Positions 38,179 through 47,255 of a stretch of 48,896 nt of DNA are shown here, in pieces (the first letter of the stretch is position 1; every line of letters begins with the position of its first letter). Origin of the DNA: Anaerohalosphaeraceae bacterium (lineage in GTDB: Bacteria; Planctomycetota; Phycisphaerae; Sedimentisphaerales; Anaerohalosphaeraceae). The position numbers and the translations under genes are program-made. Where the stretch lies: NCBI GenBank assembly GCA_050309605.1, contig JBNRMN010000062.1, forward strand, positions 1 through 48,896, written 5' to 3'. The notes beneath the pieces were generated by a model, which had not been told where the DNA came from, did no database searches, and saw only the letters and a program-made list of their open reading frames with translations.

Positions 38179-38961
38179 TTACTGTGCGGCTGATTTTGAC
38201 TGGTTTCGCTGGGTACTCAGCACATCGCCGTATTGGTGCTTGAGCCAAATTAAATCCCGCAGCACCTTAATTGCTTCGTGGGCGGGTTTGAGTCGGCTGT
38301 CCGGGTCCCAGGACCAATCCACGGGAAATTCGCATATCCTGTAGCCGTATTTCATTGCCAGCAGGATAATCTCCACGTCAAACATAAATCCGTCGATGGT
38401 ACTGGCTGCATACAGACATCGGGCAATCTGGCCGTCATAGACCTTAAAACCGCACTGCGTGTCGGTCAGATTGGCCAGGCGTTTGAGGTCGTGAATCAGC
38501 AGCCAATGAAACAGGCGCGAGCAAAGCCGACGATACCAGGACTGCGGACGGTGGATGTGGCTGACGCTCATTTTGCGGGAGCCGTGGGCGATCTGGCATT
38601 GGCCGCTTTGAATCAGTTCGAGGCCCGTCATCGCTTCGTTATACGGCACGCAGCAGCCGCTGTCGGCAAACATCACATACCGGCCGCGACTTTCGAGAAT
38701 CCCCGTACGTACCGCGCAGCCTTTGCCGCGGTTGCGTTCCAACCGAAGTACACGCACCGGTACCGGGGACCGAGCGGCGCATTGCTCGGCGATGTCGGCG
38801 GTCTGATCTCGACTGCCGTCATCGGCAATCAGGATTTCGCCGCCGTCGGGGAATCGGGTCAGAAACTCCGACGCAGCCGCAATATCACCGCCGACTTTCC
38901 TGGCCTCCTCAAAGGTCGGAATGACAATCGAAAGACCGTTTGTCTCTGTTGTTGTATCCAT
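38179..38961 (-). CDS. GT2 polyprenyl/dolichyl-phosphate glycosyltransferase (DPM/DPG synthase-like)
   Basis: SIVIPTFEE, DDGSRDQT, NRGKGCAVRTG, DTQCGFK, GFMFDVE. Confidence 0.88.
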   Translation of the reverse strand: MDTTTETNGLSIVIPTFEEARKVGGDIAAASEFLTRFPDGGEILIADDGSRDQTADIAEQCAARSPVPVRVLRLERNRGKGCAVRTGILESRGRYVMFADSGCCVPYNEAMTGLELIQSGQCQIAHGSRKMSVSHIHRPQSWYRRLCSRLFHWLLIHDLKRLANLTDTQCGFKVYDGQIARCLYAASTIDGFMFDVEIILLAMKYGYRICEFPVDWSWDPDSRLKPAHEAIKVLRDLIWLKHQYGDVLSTQRNQSKSAAQ

Positions 38962-39328
38962 ATAATAATCCGTTTATGCTGTCTGCTTACTGTACCTCAA
39001 AGCCCGGATTCTGTGAAGTGTTTTCTCAGTATATGAGACAAAATAAAGACAGAAATTCCCTGATTGTTTGTATCTTTGTTGTTGAATCTTGACTTGAAAT
39101 CCGGATAATACGGAACATACCCAAATAATTAAATCAGACGTTTAAGGAGAAAGAAAATGGGGATTTGGGGTATCCCATCCGGTTAGTGATGGATTCTTTT
39201 TCGTTTTGCATTGCACTGGATCGAGTTGGACATCACGCGCCGCTGAGAGGTCCGGGTGTTGTTTTAATCTCGAGAGTTATCGAATTCAAATATCGATTGA
39301 TGTGTCGTGTTGTGAAAGGAACCAAACT

Positions 39329-41242
39329 ATGCAGTTAAGTCTTTTTGACGGTTTGATCATTCTTGTATTTTTTACGTGCGTGATCGCACTGGGCCTTTAC
39401 AAGAGCCGAAAAGAAGAAACCTCAGAGGATTATTTCCTTGCCGGTCGTGGACTGAAGTGGTGGCTGATCGGTTTTTCTCTCATTGCCGCCAACATTTCCG
39501 CCGAACAATTTGTGGGGATGGCCGGACAGGCAGCCTCGCCGGAAATCGGGCTTGCAGTGGCCAGTTATGAGTGGATTGCGGCAATCACTCTGGTGGTGGT
39601 GGCGTTCTTTTTCCTGCCGAAATTTCTCAAAAGCGGCATTTTTACGATTCCTGAATATCTCGAATACCGTTTCAATCATTCCTCTCGCTTGGTGATGTCC
39701 GCGTTAATGGTCATTGTTTTTGCGGGGGTGACGATTCCCACCGTTATTTATCTCGGCGCACGCACGCTGGGGCCGTTGTTTCCCGAAACGGTACTGGGAC
39801 TGCCTGTGAACATTACGACGCTGTCGTGGTTTGTGGGTATTCTTGCCGCTTTGTATGTGGCGGCGGGTGGACTAAAAGCGTGCGCGTGGGCGGATTTGAT
39901 TCAGGGATCAGCCCTCATCGTTGGCGGCGCCGTCATCATGATCCTTGCTTTTATGGCGCTGGACAATCCGTCAAACTATGAACTGATTAGTGAAGCGTCG
40001 GTTCATGAGATGCTGAATGTGCAGGAAGGCGCCACACTGGGCGAAAAATTTGCGGTCCTCAAACAAGAGCAGATGCACATGGTTTTGCCGTCCGACAGTA
40101 CCTTTTTGCCGTGGACGGCGCTGCTGTTGGGCATCTGGATTCCGAACTTTTACTACTGGGGGCTGAATCAGTTTATTATGCAGCGTACACTGGGGGCGCA
40201 TTCGCTTCGTGAAGGGCAGCGGGGCGTTGTGTTCGCTGCCTTTTTGAAGCTGCTGATACCGTTTATTGTATGTGTGCCGGGGATTATTGCGTTTACGTTA
40301 TATGCCCCCTTGATGCATGATAATGCAATGCAGATGGAAGGACTCAATAAACCAACCCTTGAAACCTTTGAGCAGCTTCGACAGTCCCCTGCAGAGGCCG
40401 GCGTGGTCTTCCGATTTAACGGCGATTTTGCGCAGCGGCAGCCGGAGTTGAGCGAGCAAATCGTTCAATTCAATGCGGTGTTACTGGGCAAAGAAATCCC
40501 CGCCAGTCCAGATCCTGTTCAGGCCAATCGAACACTGCTTGAAAACGTCCGGCGACAGCGTCCCGATCTGTCTTTAAGCCGGGAATTGGTCGGCTATGAT
40601 TATGATGGTGCGTTTCCGCTTCTGATTCGGTACTTGACGCCGAACGGATTGCGGGGATTTGTGCTGGCGTCGTTGATGGGGGCGGTGATCAGTTCGCTGG
40701 CGTCGATGCTCAATGCGGGGTCAACCATTTTTACGATGGATTTGTATAAAGATTGGTTTACAAAGAAAGAAACCGTCAACCACAAACTGCTGATTTTAAT
40801 CGGCCGTATTTGCGTGGGGGTTTTGGTCATTATCGGGTGCATCATTGCACCGATTCTTGCCGACCCCCGGTTTGGCGGCGCGTTTGCCTTTATTCAGGAG
40901 TTCCAGGGCTTTATTTCGCCCGGCATTTTGGTCATTTTTCTGTATGGCCTGTTTGTTAAAAAGGCGCCGCGTGTGTGCGGCGTATTGGGATTGGTCCTGA
41001 GTCCGATTATTTACGGCGCCTTGTTTTTCGGTTGGAGCGAGCTGGCGTTTTTGAACCGTATGGCGCTGACCGTTGGGCTTATCGCCGTCGTACTGGCCAT
41101 TGTCACGGTGATGCGTCCGCTGCCTGCACCTGTTACACTGCCCGAACAGACGAAAATCGAGATGGAATGGTCGAAGGGGTCAATGTACCTGGGCGGCGTT
41201 GTTATTCTGGCTACCATTGCGTTGTACATTATTTTCTGGTAA
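39329..41242 (+). CDS. Sodium:solute symporter (SGLT/SSS family sugar transporter)
   Basis: DYFLAGR, SLIAANISAEQFVGMAG, TIPEYLEYRF, YWGLNQFIMQRTL. ATG 39329 follows AAAGGA. Confidence 0.93.
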   Translation: MQLSLFDGLIILVFFTCVIALGLYKSRKEETSEDYFLAGRGLKWWLIGFSLIAANISAEQFVGMAGQAASPEIGLAVASYEWIAAITLVVVAFFFLPKFLKSGIFTIPEYLEYRFNHSSRLVMSALMVIVFAGVTIPTVIYLGARTLGPLFPETVLGLPVNITTLSWFVGILAALYVAAGGLKACAWADLIQGSALIVGGAVIMILAFMALDNPSNYELISEASVHEMLNVQEGATLGEKFAVLKQEQMHMVLPSDSTFLPWTALLLGIWIPNFYYWGLNQFIMQRTLGAHSLREGQRGVVFAAFLKLLIPFIVCVPGIIAFTLYAPLMHDNAMQMEGLNKPTLETFEQLRQSPAEAGVVFRFNGDFAQRQPELSEQIVQFNAVLLGKEIPASPDPVQANRTLLENVRRQRPDLSLSRELVGYDYDGAFPLLIRYLTPNGLRGFVLASLMGAVISSLASMLNAGSTIFTMDLYKDWFTKKETVNHKLLILIGRICVGVLVIIGCIIAPILADPRFGGAFAFIQEFQGFISPGILVIFLYGLFVKKAPRVCGVLGLVLSPIIYGALFFGWSELAFLNRMALTVGLIAVVLAIVTVMRPLPAPVTLPEQTKIEMEWSKGSMYLGGVVILATIALYIIFW

Positions 41243-41256
41243 GAGCAAGATAAGGG

Positions 41257-42507
41257 TTGAGGTTTATGGTATCTTCACAAGAACAAAAAGTGATTGAGGA
41301 AATAAAGGCGCTGGCGTCACAAGTCAATCTGGATATCGCCGGCGCCAAGGTGCGTCGGTCTTCGTCCCGATTTTGTCTGGGCGTCGAACATGGCGACTAC
41401 AATGGAACCGAACTGTTCGGCGTAGGAACCGACCGGTTTATCTGGATGGCCTACAAGCCCAACGGCACGAATAGGATGCGTCTGTACAGCGGCAACTTTC
41501 CCGATGACGGGGTGGTGGAGTTTGAACTGGGCAGAGTGCCCGATCCACAATCCGCCGAGATTGCCGATATCTGGGCGCGGTTTCCCTGCGGCGTGGATTT
41601 TATCCTGCGTCGGGAAGGACTGCCGCTTGACAAGGGCATGGATGCGGTGCTTGTCGGCAATATCCCCGGCGGCGGAATGAGCCGCAGCGCGTCGCTGACG
41701 CTGAATCTGATTCTCTCGGCGCTGGACGTAAACGGCATTGCCGCGCCGGATATGATGCAGGTGGTCGATTTGGCTCAAATGGTCGAGAACGACTACATCG
41801 GTTCACCCTGTGGCAAGCTTGATCAGATCATGATCGCCTTTGCCAAAGACGGTATGGGCACGCACTACAAGCCCGCCGATCGTTCAATTGAGTATGTTCC
41901 GCTGGGCGCCGGCGCCGACGATTTTCGCATTATGGTCATGGATACCGGCACGGTGCGTCCGGGGCTGGAAAAATCCACCTACAAAGTCCGACGCGCTGAG
42001 TGCGAGGAACTGGTCACAAAAGCCAGGCAGGCCGGCTTTGAGATTTCCTGTCTGGCTGACATTCGTGACAAGCGCCTGTTCGACAGAATGAAGGCGCATT
42101 TTGAAAAGGATGTCCCGCACCTGATCGCCCGGATGGACTACATCTATAACGCCCAAAAACGCTTTTATGAGATGATGGAGGCCTGGAAGGCCGGTGACAT
42201 CGAGACCGTCGGGCGGATTTTCCGTCAGGACGGCATCGGGCTTCGCGACGATTATGTCATCTCCGGTCCGGAGCTGGAAACGATGTGCGACATCGTCCGT
42301 ACCGTGCCCGGCGTTCTCGGCGAGCGAATGCTCGGCGGCGGCGATAAAGGCGCTGCCGGCGCGTTGGTGCTGGCCGACAGCGCCGAGGCGGCCAAACAGG
42401 CCGTCGATACTGCCTATCCGCGCAGCCGTCCGGCCTTTGCCGACAAATACGCCGTTCATACCTGTAAAGTTGTGGATGGCATTCAACTCTTTGAGGACGT
42501 TTTGTAA
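41257..42507 (+). CDS. Galactokinase-like GHMP sugar kinase (divergent motifs)
   Basis: VEHGDYNG, IPGGGMSRSAS, CGKLDQ, RRAECE, ISGPELE, GERMLGGG. Confidence 0.78.
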   Translation: MRFMVSSQEQKVIEEIKALASQVNLDIAGAKVRRSSSRFCLGVEHGDYNGTELFGVGTDRFIWMAYKPNGTNRMRLYSGNFPDDGVVEFELGRVPDPQSAEIADIWARFPCGVDFILRREGLPLDKGMDAVLVGNIPGGGMSRSASLTLNLILSALDVNGIAAPDMMQVVDLAQMVENDYIGSPCGKLDQIMIAFAKDGMGTHYKPADRSIEYVPLGAGADDFRIMVMDTGTVRPGLEKSTYKVRRAECEELVTKARQAGFEISCLADIRDKRLFDRMKAHFEKDVPHLIARMDYIYNAQKRFYEMMEAWKAGDIETVGRIFRQDGIGLRDDYVISGPELETMCDIVRTVPGVLGERMLGGGDKGAAGALVLADSAEAAKQAVDTAYPRSRPAFADKYAVHTCKVVDGIQLFEDVL

Positions 42508-42539
42508 CAGCAGGTTGTTGATTGTAGGAGAGCAGTTCT

Positions 42540-43448
42540 ATGCGAAACTGGATATGGCCTTTGGGGTGTGTGCTGGCGGCGGCCCTTGTCGGTTGTGCCG
42601 CACCGGAGCAAATGGCTCGGCGGGATGTACCGTTTCAGACCGAAGGGGACAATATCAAGGTGCTGACCTTCAATATACGCTACGGCACGGCCAAAGACGG
42701 GCCGGATCAGTGGGAACATCGTCGCGAGATGGTCTTTGATTTGATCGCTCGGCATGGGGTTGATGTCGTCGGCTTGCAGGAGGCATTGGATTTTCAGGTA
42801 GAACAGATACACAACACTCTGAAAGGATATGACTTGGTCACGGTCGGCCGCGACGACGGCAAATCGGCCGGCGAACATTGCACGGTGCTGTATCGGCGCG
42901 ACCGTTTCCGTTTGGCTGATTCCGGCACATTCTGGTTTTCCAATTCGCCGTGGGCGCCCGGCTCGCGACACTGGGGCAACCGCATCCCGCGCATCTGCAC
43001 GTGGGTGCGATTGGTTGAGCATGATACGAACCGGGCGATGTATGTCTATAATCTGCATCTGGATCATCAATCCCAAACGTCGCGATTCAAAAGCGCAGAA
43101 CTTTTGGCCCGCGTCGTCTCGCGCCGCGAGTCAAAAGATCCGGTGATCGTGATGGGAGATTTCAATATGGGGCTGGATAATCCGGCGATGCTGTATCTGA
43201 GGCGCTTGGGGTACCCGAATGCTCCTGTGGAACTGTTGGATTCGTGGCGGCTGAGGTATCCGGACAAACCGGATACGCGAACCTTCCACGGCTTTGAAGG
43301 CGGCACCGACGGCGTCAAGATTGACCATATTCTCATTGAGCGAACGACCACGGTGCTGGATGCCCAAATAGATCGCTATGCAAACGAACAAGGGCGTTAC
43401 CCCTCTGACCATTATCCCGTCAGCGCCACGCTGAAATTGTGGAATTAA
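42540..43448 (+). CDS. Endonuclease/exonuclease/phosphatase (EEP) family lipoprotein
   Basis: LVGC lipobox; TFNIR, GLQE, NLHLDH, MGDFN, IDHI, PSDHYPV. Confidence 0.9.
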   Translation: MRNWIWPLGCVLAAALVGCAAPEQMARRDVPFQTEGDNIKVLTFNIRYGTAKDGPDQWEHRREMVFDLIARHGVDVVGLQEALDFQVEQIHNTLKGYDLVTVGRDDGKSAGEHCTVLYRRDRFRLADSGTFWFSNSPWAPGSRHWGNRIPRICTWVRLVEHDTNRAMYVYNLHLDHQSQTSRFKSAELLARVVSRRESKDPVIVMGDFNMGLDNPAMLYLRRLGYPNAPVELLDSWRLRYPDKPDTRTFHGFEGGTDGVKIDHILIERTTTVLDAQIDRYANEQGRYPSDHYPVSATLKLWN

Positions 43449-43475
43449 GCGCAGTATGAGCCTGTGTTTATGGGG

Positions 43476-43780
43476 GCTTGTTTTTAGGCTCAACTCCCAA
43501 AAAGTTGGTGAGTTTAAAGACATGAAAAAAAATGGATTTATCGCTTTGGGGACTCCAGCATATTCACATAAGTGGGCGGCTCCACGAAGGATACCGCCCC
43601 TTGCTGTTTGTCACCATAGAGGCGCTCAGGTCGCTTCCCAGCGTTGCCCTATCCTCCCCTATGGCAAGAGCATTATACGAGAATATGCTGGTGTCTTAAA
43701 GCGTTAAATCCAAAAATCTTATGTTTTTAAAAAGAGCAATTTCAACCAACTTTATTGGATAAGAGCTTGTTTTTAAGGCT
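43476..43780. repeat. Long imperfect inverted repeats with flanking ~15 bp direct repeats
   Basis: 43533-43565 is the imperfect reverse complement of 43681-43712, extending to 43497-43524 versus 43721-43758. GCTTGTTTTTA(A)GGCT occurs at 43476 and 43765. Confidence 0.65.
43574..43664 (-). ncRNA. Candidate structured small RNA (two stem-loops)
   Basis: CCAUAGGGG..CCUCUAUGG closing stem with inner CGCU-GGGA-AGCG, then a GGGCGG..CCGCCC hairpin; minus-strand TATAAT at 43672-43677. Confidence 0.45.
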
Positions 43781-43786
43781 TAGGGC

Positions 43787-43815
43787 TTGACTTTGGCCGG
43801 AGGCGACGGTATAAC
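43787..43815 (+). promoter_or_regulatory. Putative sigma70 promoter for the Na/Pi cotransporter
   Basis: TTGACT-17 nt-TATAAC. Confidence 0.5.
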
Positions 43816-43890
43816 GTGCCGCAATAATCGCCAATAATCGTCTTGTATTAATCTGACGCTAATCCTGTGCTCATATACGCAGGGGGTTGA

Positions 43891-45576
43891 ATGAACGCAC
43901 AAATGGTTTTCGAGATTCTCGGCGGGTTTGGTCTGTTTCTCTTGGGAATGAAAAACATGTCCGAAGGGATGCAGGCGGTGGCCGGAGAACGACTGCGCCG
44001 TATGATCGGTGCGGTCACGAATAATCGTCTGATGGCCTGCGGAGTGGGCACGACGGTAACCTGTCTGATTCAGTCCAGCTCGATTACCACGGTAATGGTG
44101 GTGGGAATGGTCAACGCCGGCGTGATGACGCTGTTGCAGGCGATCGGGGTCATTGCCGGAGCCAACATCGGTACGACGATTACCGGCTGGGTGGTCACGC
44201 TCAGCGTGGACAAATACGGCCTGCCGCTGATAGGGTCGGCGGCCTTGATCTATTTGTTCATCAAGCGCGACCGGGTGCGCTTTACGGCGATGTTCGTGTT
44301 GGGTCTGGGGATGGTGTTTTACGGGCTTCAATTGATGAAAACCGGCTTTTCTCCCTTCAAAGATATGCCGGGCTTTGTCGAACTGTTTCATCGATTTGAG
44401 CCGACGTCATATTTTGGTGTGTTGAGATGTTGTATGATCGGTGCATTGCTGACCGCATTGATTCAGTCCTCCTCGGCCGCGCTGGCGATTACAATGACAC
44501 TGGCGTTCAGCGGGGCGATTACATATCAGACCGCCGCGGCCCTGGTGCTGGGCGAGAACATCGGAACGACGATCACGGCGTTTCTGGCCTCCCTGGGGAC
44601 TTCTCCGAATGCCCGTCGTGCCGCTTATGCGCATATTATGTTTAACGTCTTCGGCGTGTTGTGGATTACCGCCATCTTTTCGTGGTACACCGACGGGGTC
44701 TTGTGGTTTCTTGACGTCTTTCACCATACCGAACGGCCGGATGTGGCGGTCTATACCGATGCCGGCGTGACCTATCCGTACGTTATGGCCGCCATTGCCG
44801 TCACCCATTCGGCATTTAATATTGTCAATACGATCTTGTTCCTGCCGTTGATAGGCTATGTCGCCCGTTTTCTCAACTGGGCGGTGCCGGATCGAAAGAA
44901 ACCGACCGCGCCGCGTCTGACCTATCTGGATGTGCGCGTTTTTGATACGCCGAGTATCGCCCTGGAGCAATCCGGCAAAGAAGTCGTCAAGATGGGACAC
45001 CGGGTGGATCAGATGCTCGCGCTCTTGCGTGAGGTGTTCGCCACCGGAAATCTGGAATCGGACAAGGTCGAGCCGATTTTTCAGGCTGAAAACGATCTGG
45101 ATATTGTCCAAAAAGAAATCGTCGAATTTATCGGTCATATCATGTCAGGCAATATCTCCCATGAAACCATGAAGACCGCGCGCGAGCAGCTTCGCATGTC
45201 CGATGAATTCGAATCGATCAGCGATTATGTCGTTACCATTCTGAAACTTCGCCTGAAAATGCGGGACACCGATCAGGTCCTCAGCCCTGAAGCACTTGAG
45301 GAAATCCTCCAATTACATGATATGGTAACCGGCTACATCCGCGACGTGAACCTTGCGGTGGAATCTGAAAACGGCGCCTTTTTAAGAGAAGCGATGACCC
45401 GAGGTACCGAGATTACCGCAACGATGAAAGACTGCCGCAGCAAACACCTGGCCCGTGTCGGCGACGGCAAAGCCACGCCGCTCAAGAGTCTGATTTATAC
45501 CGATATGCTGACTTCGTATCGGCGGATCAAAGACCACGCCTTCAACATTGCCGAGGTGCTGGCCGGAGAGAAATAA
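43891..45576 (+). CDS. Na+/Pi cotransporter family protein with C-terminal PhoU-like domains
   Basis: GGFGLFLLGM; duplicated QSSS and G(A/E)NIGTTIT motifs; C-terminal RIKDHAFNIAE. Confidence 0.93.
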   Translation: MNAQMVFEILGGFGLFLLGMKNMSEGMQAVAGERLRRMIGAVTNNRLMACGVGTTVTCLIQSSSITTVMVVGMVNAGVMTLLQAIGVIAGANIGTTITGWVVTLSVDKYGLPLIGSAALIYLFIKRDRVRFTAMFVLGLGMVFYGLQLMKTGFSPFKDMPGFVELFHRFEPTSYFGVLRCCMIGALLTALIQSSSAALAITMTLAFSGAITYQTAAALVLGENIGTTITAFLASLGTSPNARRAAYAHIMFNVFGVLWITAIFSWYTDGVLWFLDVFHHTERPDVAVYTDAGVTYPYVMAAIAVTHSAFNIVNTILFLPLIGYVARFLNWAVPDRKKPTAPRLTYLDVRVFDTPSIALEQSGKEVVKMGHRVDQMLALLREVFATGNLESDKVEPIFQAENDLDIVQKEIVEFIGHIMSGNISHETMKTAREQLRMSDEFESISDYVVTILKLRLKMRDTDQVLSPEALEEILQLHDMVTGYIRDVNLAVESENGAFLREAMTRGTEITATMKDCRSKHLARVGDGKATPLKSLIYTDMLTSYRRIKDHAFNIAEVLAGEK

Positions 45577-45587
45577 ACACCGCGCTC

Positions 45588-45824
45588 TTACAGCACCAAA
45601 GCCAAAAACATCAGCAGCATGGCCGTGATGATACCGCCCCAGGTCACACGGCACCAGGCGTGATAGCGCGCCAGGCCGGGGTGCTGATCCTCGAATTCGT
45701 GGTAATAGTCGTCCAGATCGGAGTCGTCGCGCGGGCGCAGACGCACCTTGGCGTAGATATAACCTGCCGTCGATGCCAAAAACAGCAACCCGCCAATCAA
45801 AATGAACATCATCCTAAGCGGCAT
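45588..45824 (-). CDS. Small hypothetical membrane protein (2 TM, acidic His-containing loop)
   Basis: Fills the gap between convergent genes; two hydrophobic helices around DDSDLDDYYHEFEDQH. Confidence 0.55.
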   Translation of the reverse strand: MPLRMMFILIGGLLFLASTAGYIYAKVRLRPRDDSDLDDYYHEFEDQHPGLARYHAWCRVTWGGIITAMLLMFLALVL

Positions 45825-45901
45825 AGCGTCCAGTATAGCAGATCACGCGGCTTTGTGAAAAAAAATTCACGTCGTCGAAAGGGGGCAGAGCATATCACCA
45901 T

Positions 45902-47161
45902 TCAAAAGATCATCATGGCCCGAAGACCGACGACAACGGCGTCCTTGGTTTCGCCGGAGCCGCCGGGGTTGGCGACGTACTGCACCGACGGGCTAAGCTG
46001 GAGCCACGGCGTGATGCTGGTATTGTAATAGGCTTCCAGAACACTTTCGTGGTGATCGCGGAAGACTGCCGAGGCGCGATGGCTGAACCGGCCGCGGGCG
46101 TAGCCGACGCCGAGCACATCGTCGTCGCGGCCGTCAAAGAGGCCCTGGTACTGCAAGCCGACGCTGTAAAAATCAGTGATGTCATTGGTCTTGGCACTGG
46201 CTTGGCCGTAACGGAAGAAAGCCCCCAATCCCTGACTGTCATCCGGGTCGTTGTTTTCTTTGACCATGAGTTGGTCAAAGCTCAGATAAAATCCGATATC
46301 ATCGCGCCAGGCCTTGCCCTCATCGGCTGCCTGTTCGTTGGCGCGGGGTTCGGGGCTGTACCACAATCCGAACCGATAAGCGCCCTGCAGCGGCCCGTTG
46401 GCCGAGTTGAATCGAGGTGTGATGCCCGTCTCGGCCATATAGACAAAGTAATCTTCGCCGTGGAAGGCGGTGTTAAAGCCGGTTTCACGTTTGTCGGCCT
46501 GCGCATCGGCGGCTCCAACCGACAGATACCAATCATTCACCGGATTCCAGAAGACAATCACGCCAAGCCCATAGTCCGGAAACGGAATGGTCGGGTTGTT
46601 GACCAGCGCATCGTTGAGAAATTGCGTGTTCTCGTTATTGGCGTACCTGTTGCCGTCAAAGGAGACGGGGCAACCGCTGCAGTCAAACCCGCCGGTCATA
46701 TCAATTTTTCCGAGGCGGATTTGCAGCGTGTCATCGAACAGCGACTGCTGATACCACAGCTCAATGACGTTGATCGCCTCGCGCGGAGCAAAATCCGCGT
46801 TGACGCCGAACGCACTGCCGACGGAGGTTTCATCAATGTCTTTGCGCGACCAGGTTCCCTCGGCCAGCATATAGATTTCAGCACCCTCTGCACCCAACAG
46901 CCGCTCCAGATCGGCGGTCATCTCAAAGTCGTAACTGCCGCTGAAACGCCCCTGGCGACGGCTGGTGCTCATTCCGCCGCGGGCATTGAGTTGATAGAGA
47001 TTCGTCAGACTCAGCCCAAACTCAATGCCGCTCGATTCCAACGCTTCATTCAATCCCCAAAATCCATCGGTCAGAGATTCTTTTTCAGAGGGATTTTGAT
47101 GGGCAAATACCGACATACTGAGAACCAATCCGATGCCGTACCCCAGGGCGATACGCCTCAT
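45902..47161 (-). CDS. OprB-family carbohydrate-selective porin
   Basis: Signal peptide; ELWYQQ, RLGKID, FLNDALVNNPTIPFP, ESVLEAYY, QYVANPG; terminal Phe. Confidence 0.9.
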   Translation of the reverse strand: MRRIALGYGIGLVLSMSVFAHQNPSEKESLTDGFWGLNEALESSGIEFGLSLTNLYQLNARGGMSTSRRQGRFSGSYDFEMTADLERLLGAEGAEIYMLAEGTWSRKDIDETSVGSAFGVNADFAPREAINVIELWYQQSLFDDTLQIRLGKIDMTGGFDCSGCPVSFDGNRYANNENTQFLNDALVNNPTIPFPDYGLGVIVFWNPVNDWYLSVGAADAQADKRETGFNTAFHGEDYFVYMAETGITPRFNSANGPLQGAYRFGLWYSPEPRANEQAADEGKAWRDDIGFYLSFDQLMVKENNDPDDSQGLGAFFRYGQASAKTNDITDFYSVGLQYQGLFDGRDDDVLGVGYARGRFSHRASAVFRDHHESVLEAYYNTSITPWLQLSPSVQYVANPGGSGETKDAVVVGLRAMMIF

Positions 47162-47255
47162 TTGCTGTCCTTTCCGAAAAGTGATATTGTCAGTTTAGGT
47201 ATATTTCACGTTTCTTTATGTAAACCCTACCAAATTTCTACTATTGTGTCAATTT

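Noticed and set aside
39000..39328. Riboswitch in the long leader of the SSS gene
   Set aside because: Only short, weak stems; no consensus I can recognise
43456..43707. 83-aa ORF; also SRP RNA, 6S RNA or riboswitch for this region
   Set aside because: The ORF has no RBS or domain and overlaps the repeats. There is no SRP CCGGAAGGAAGCAGC core and no recognisable 6S or riboswitch consensus
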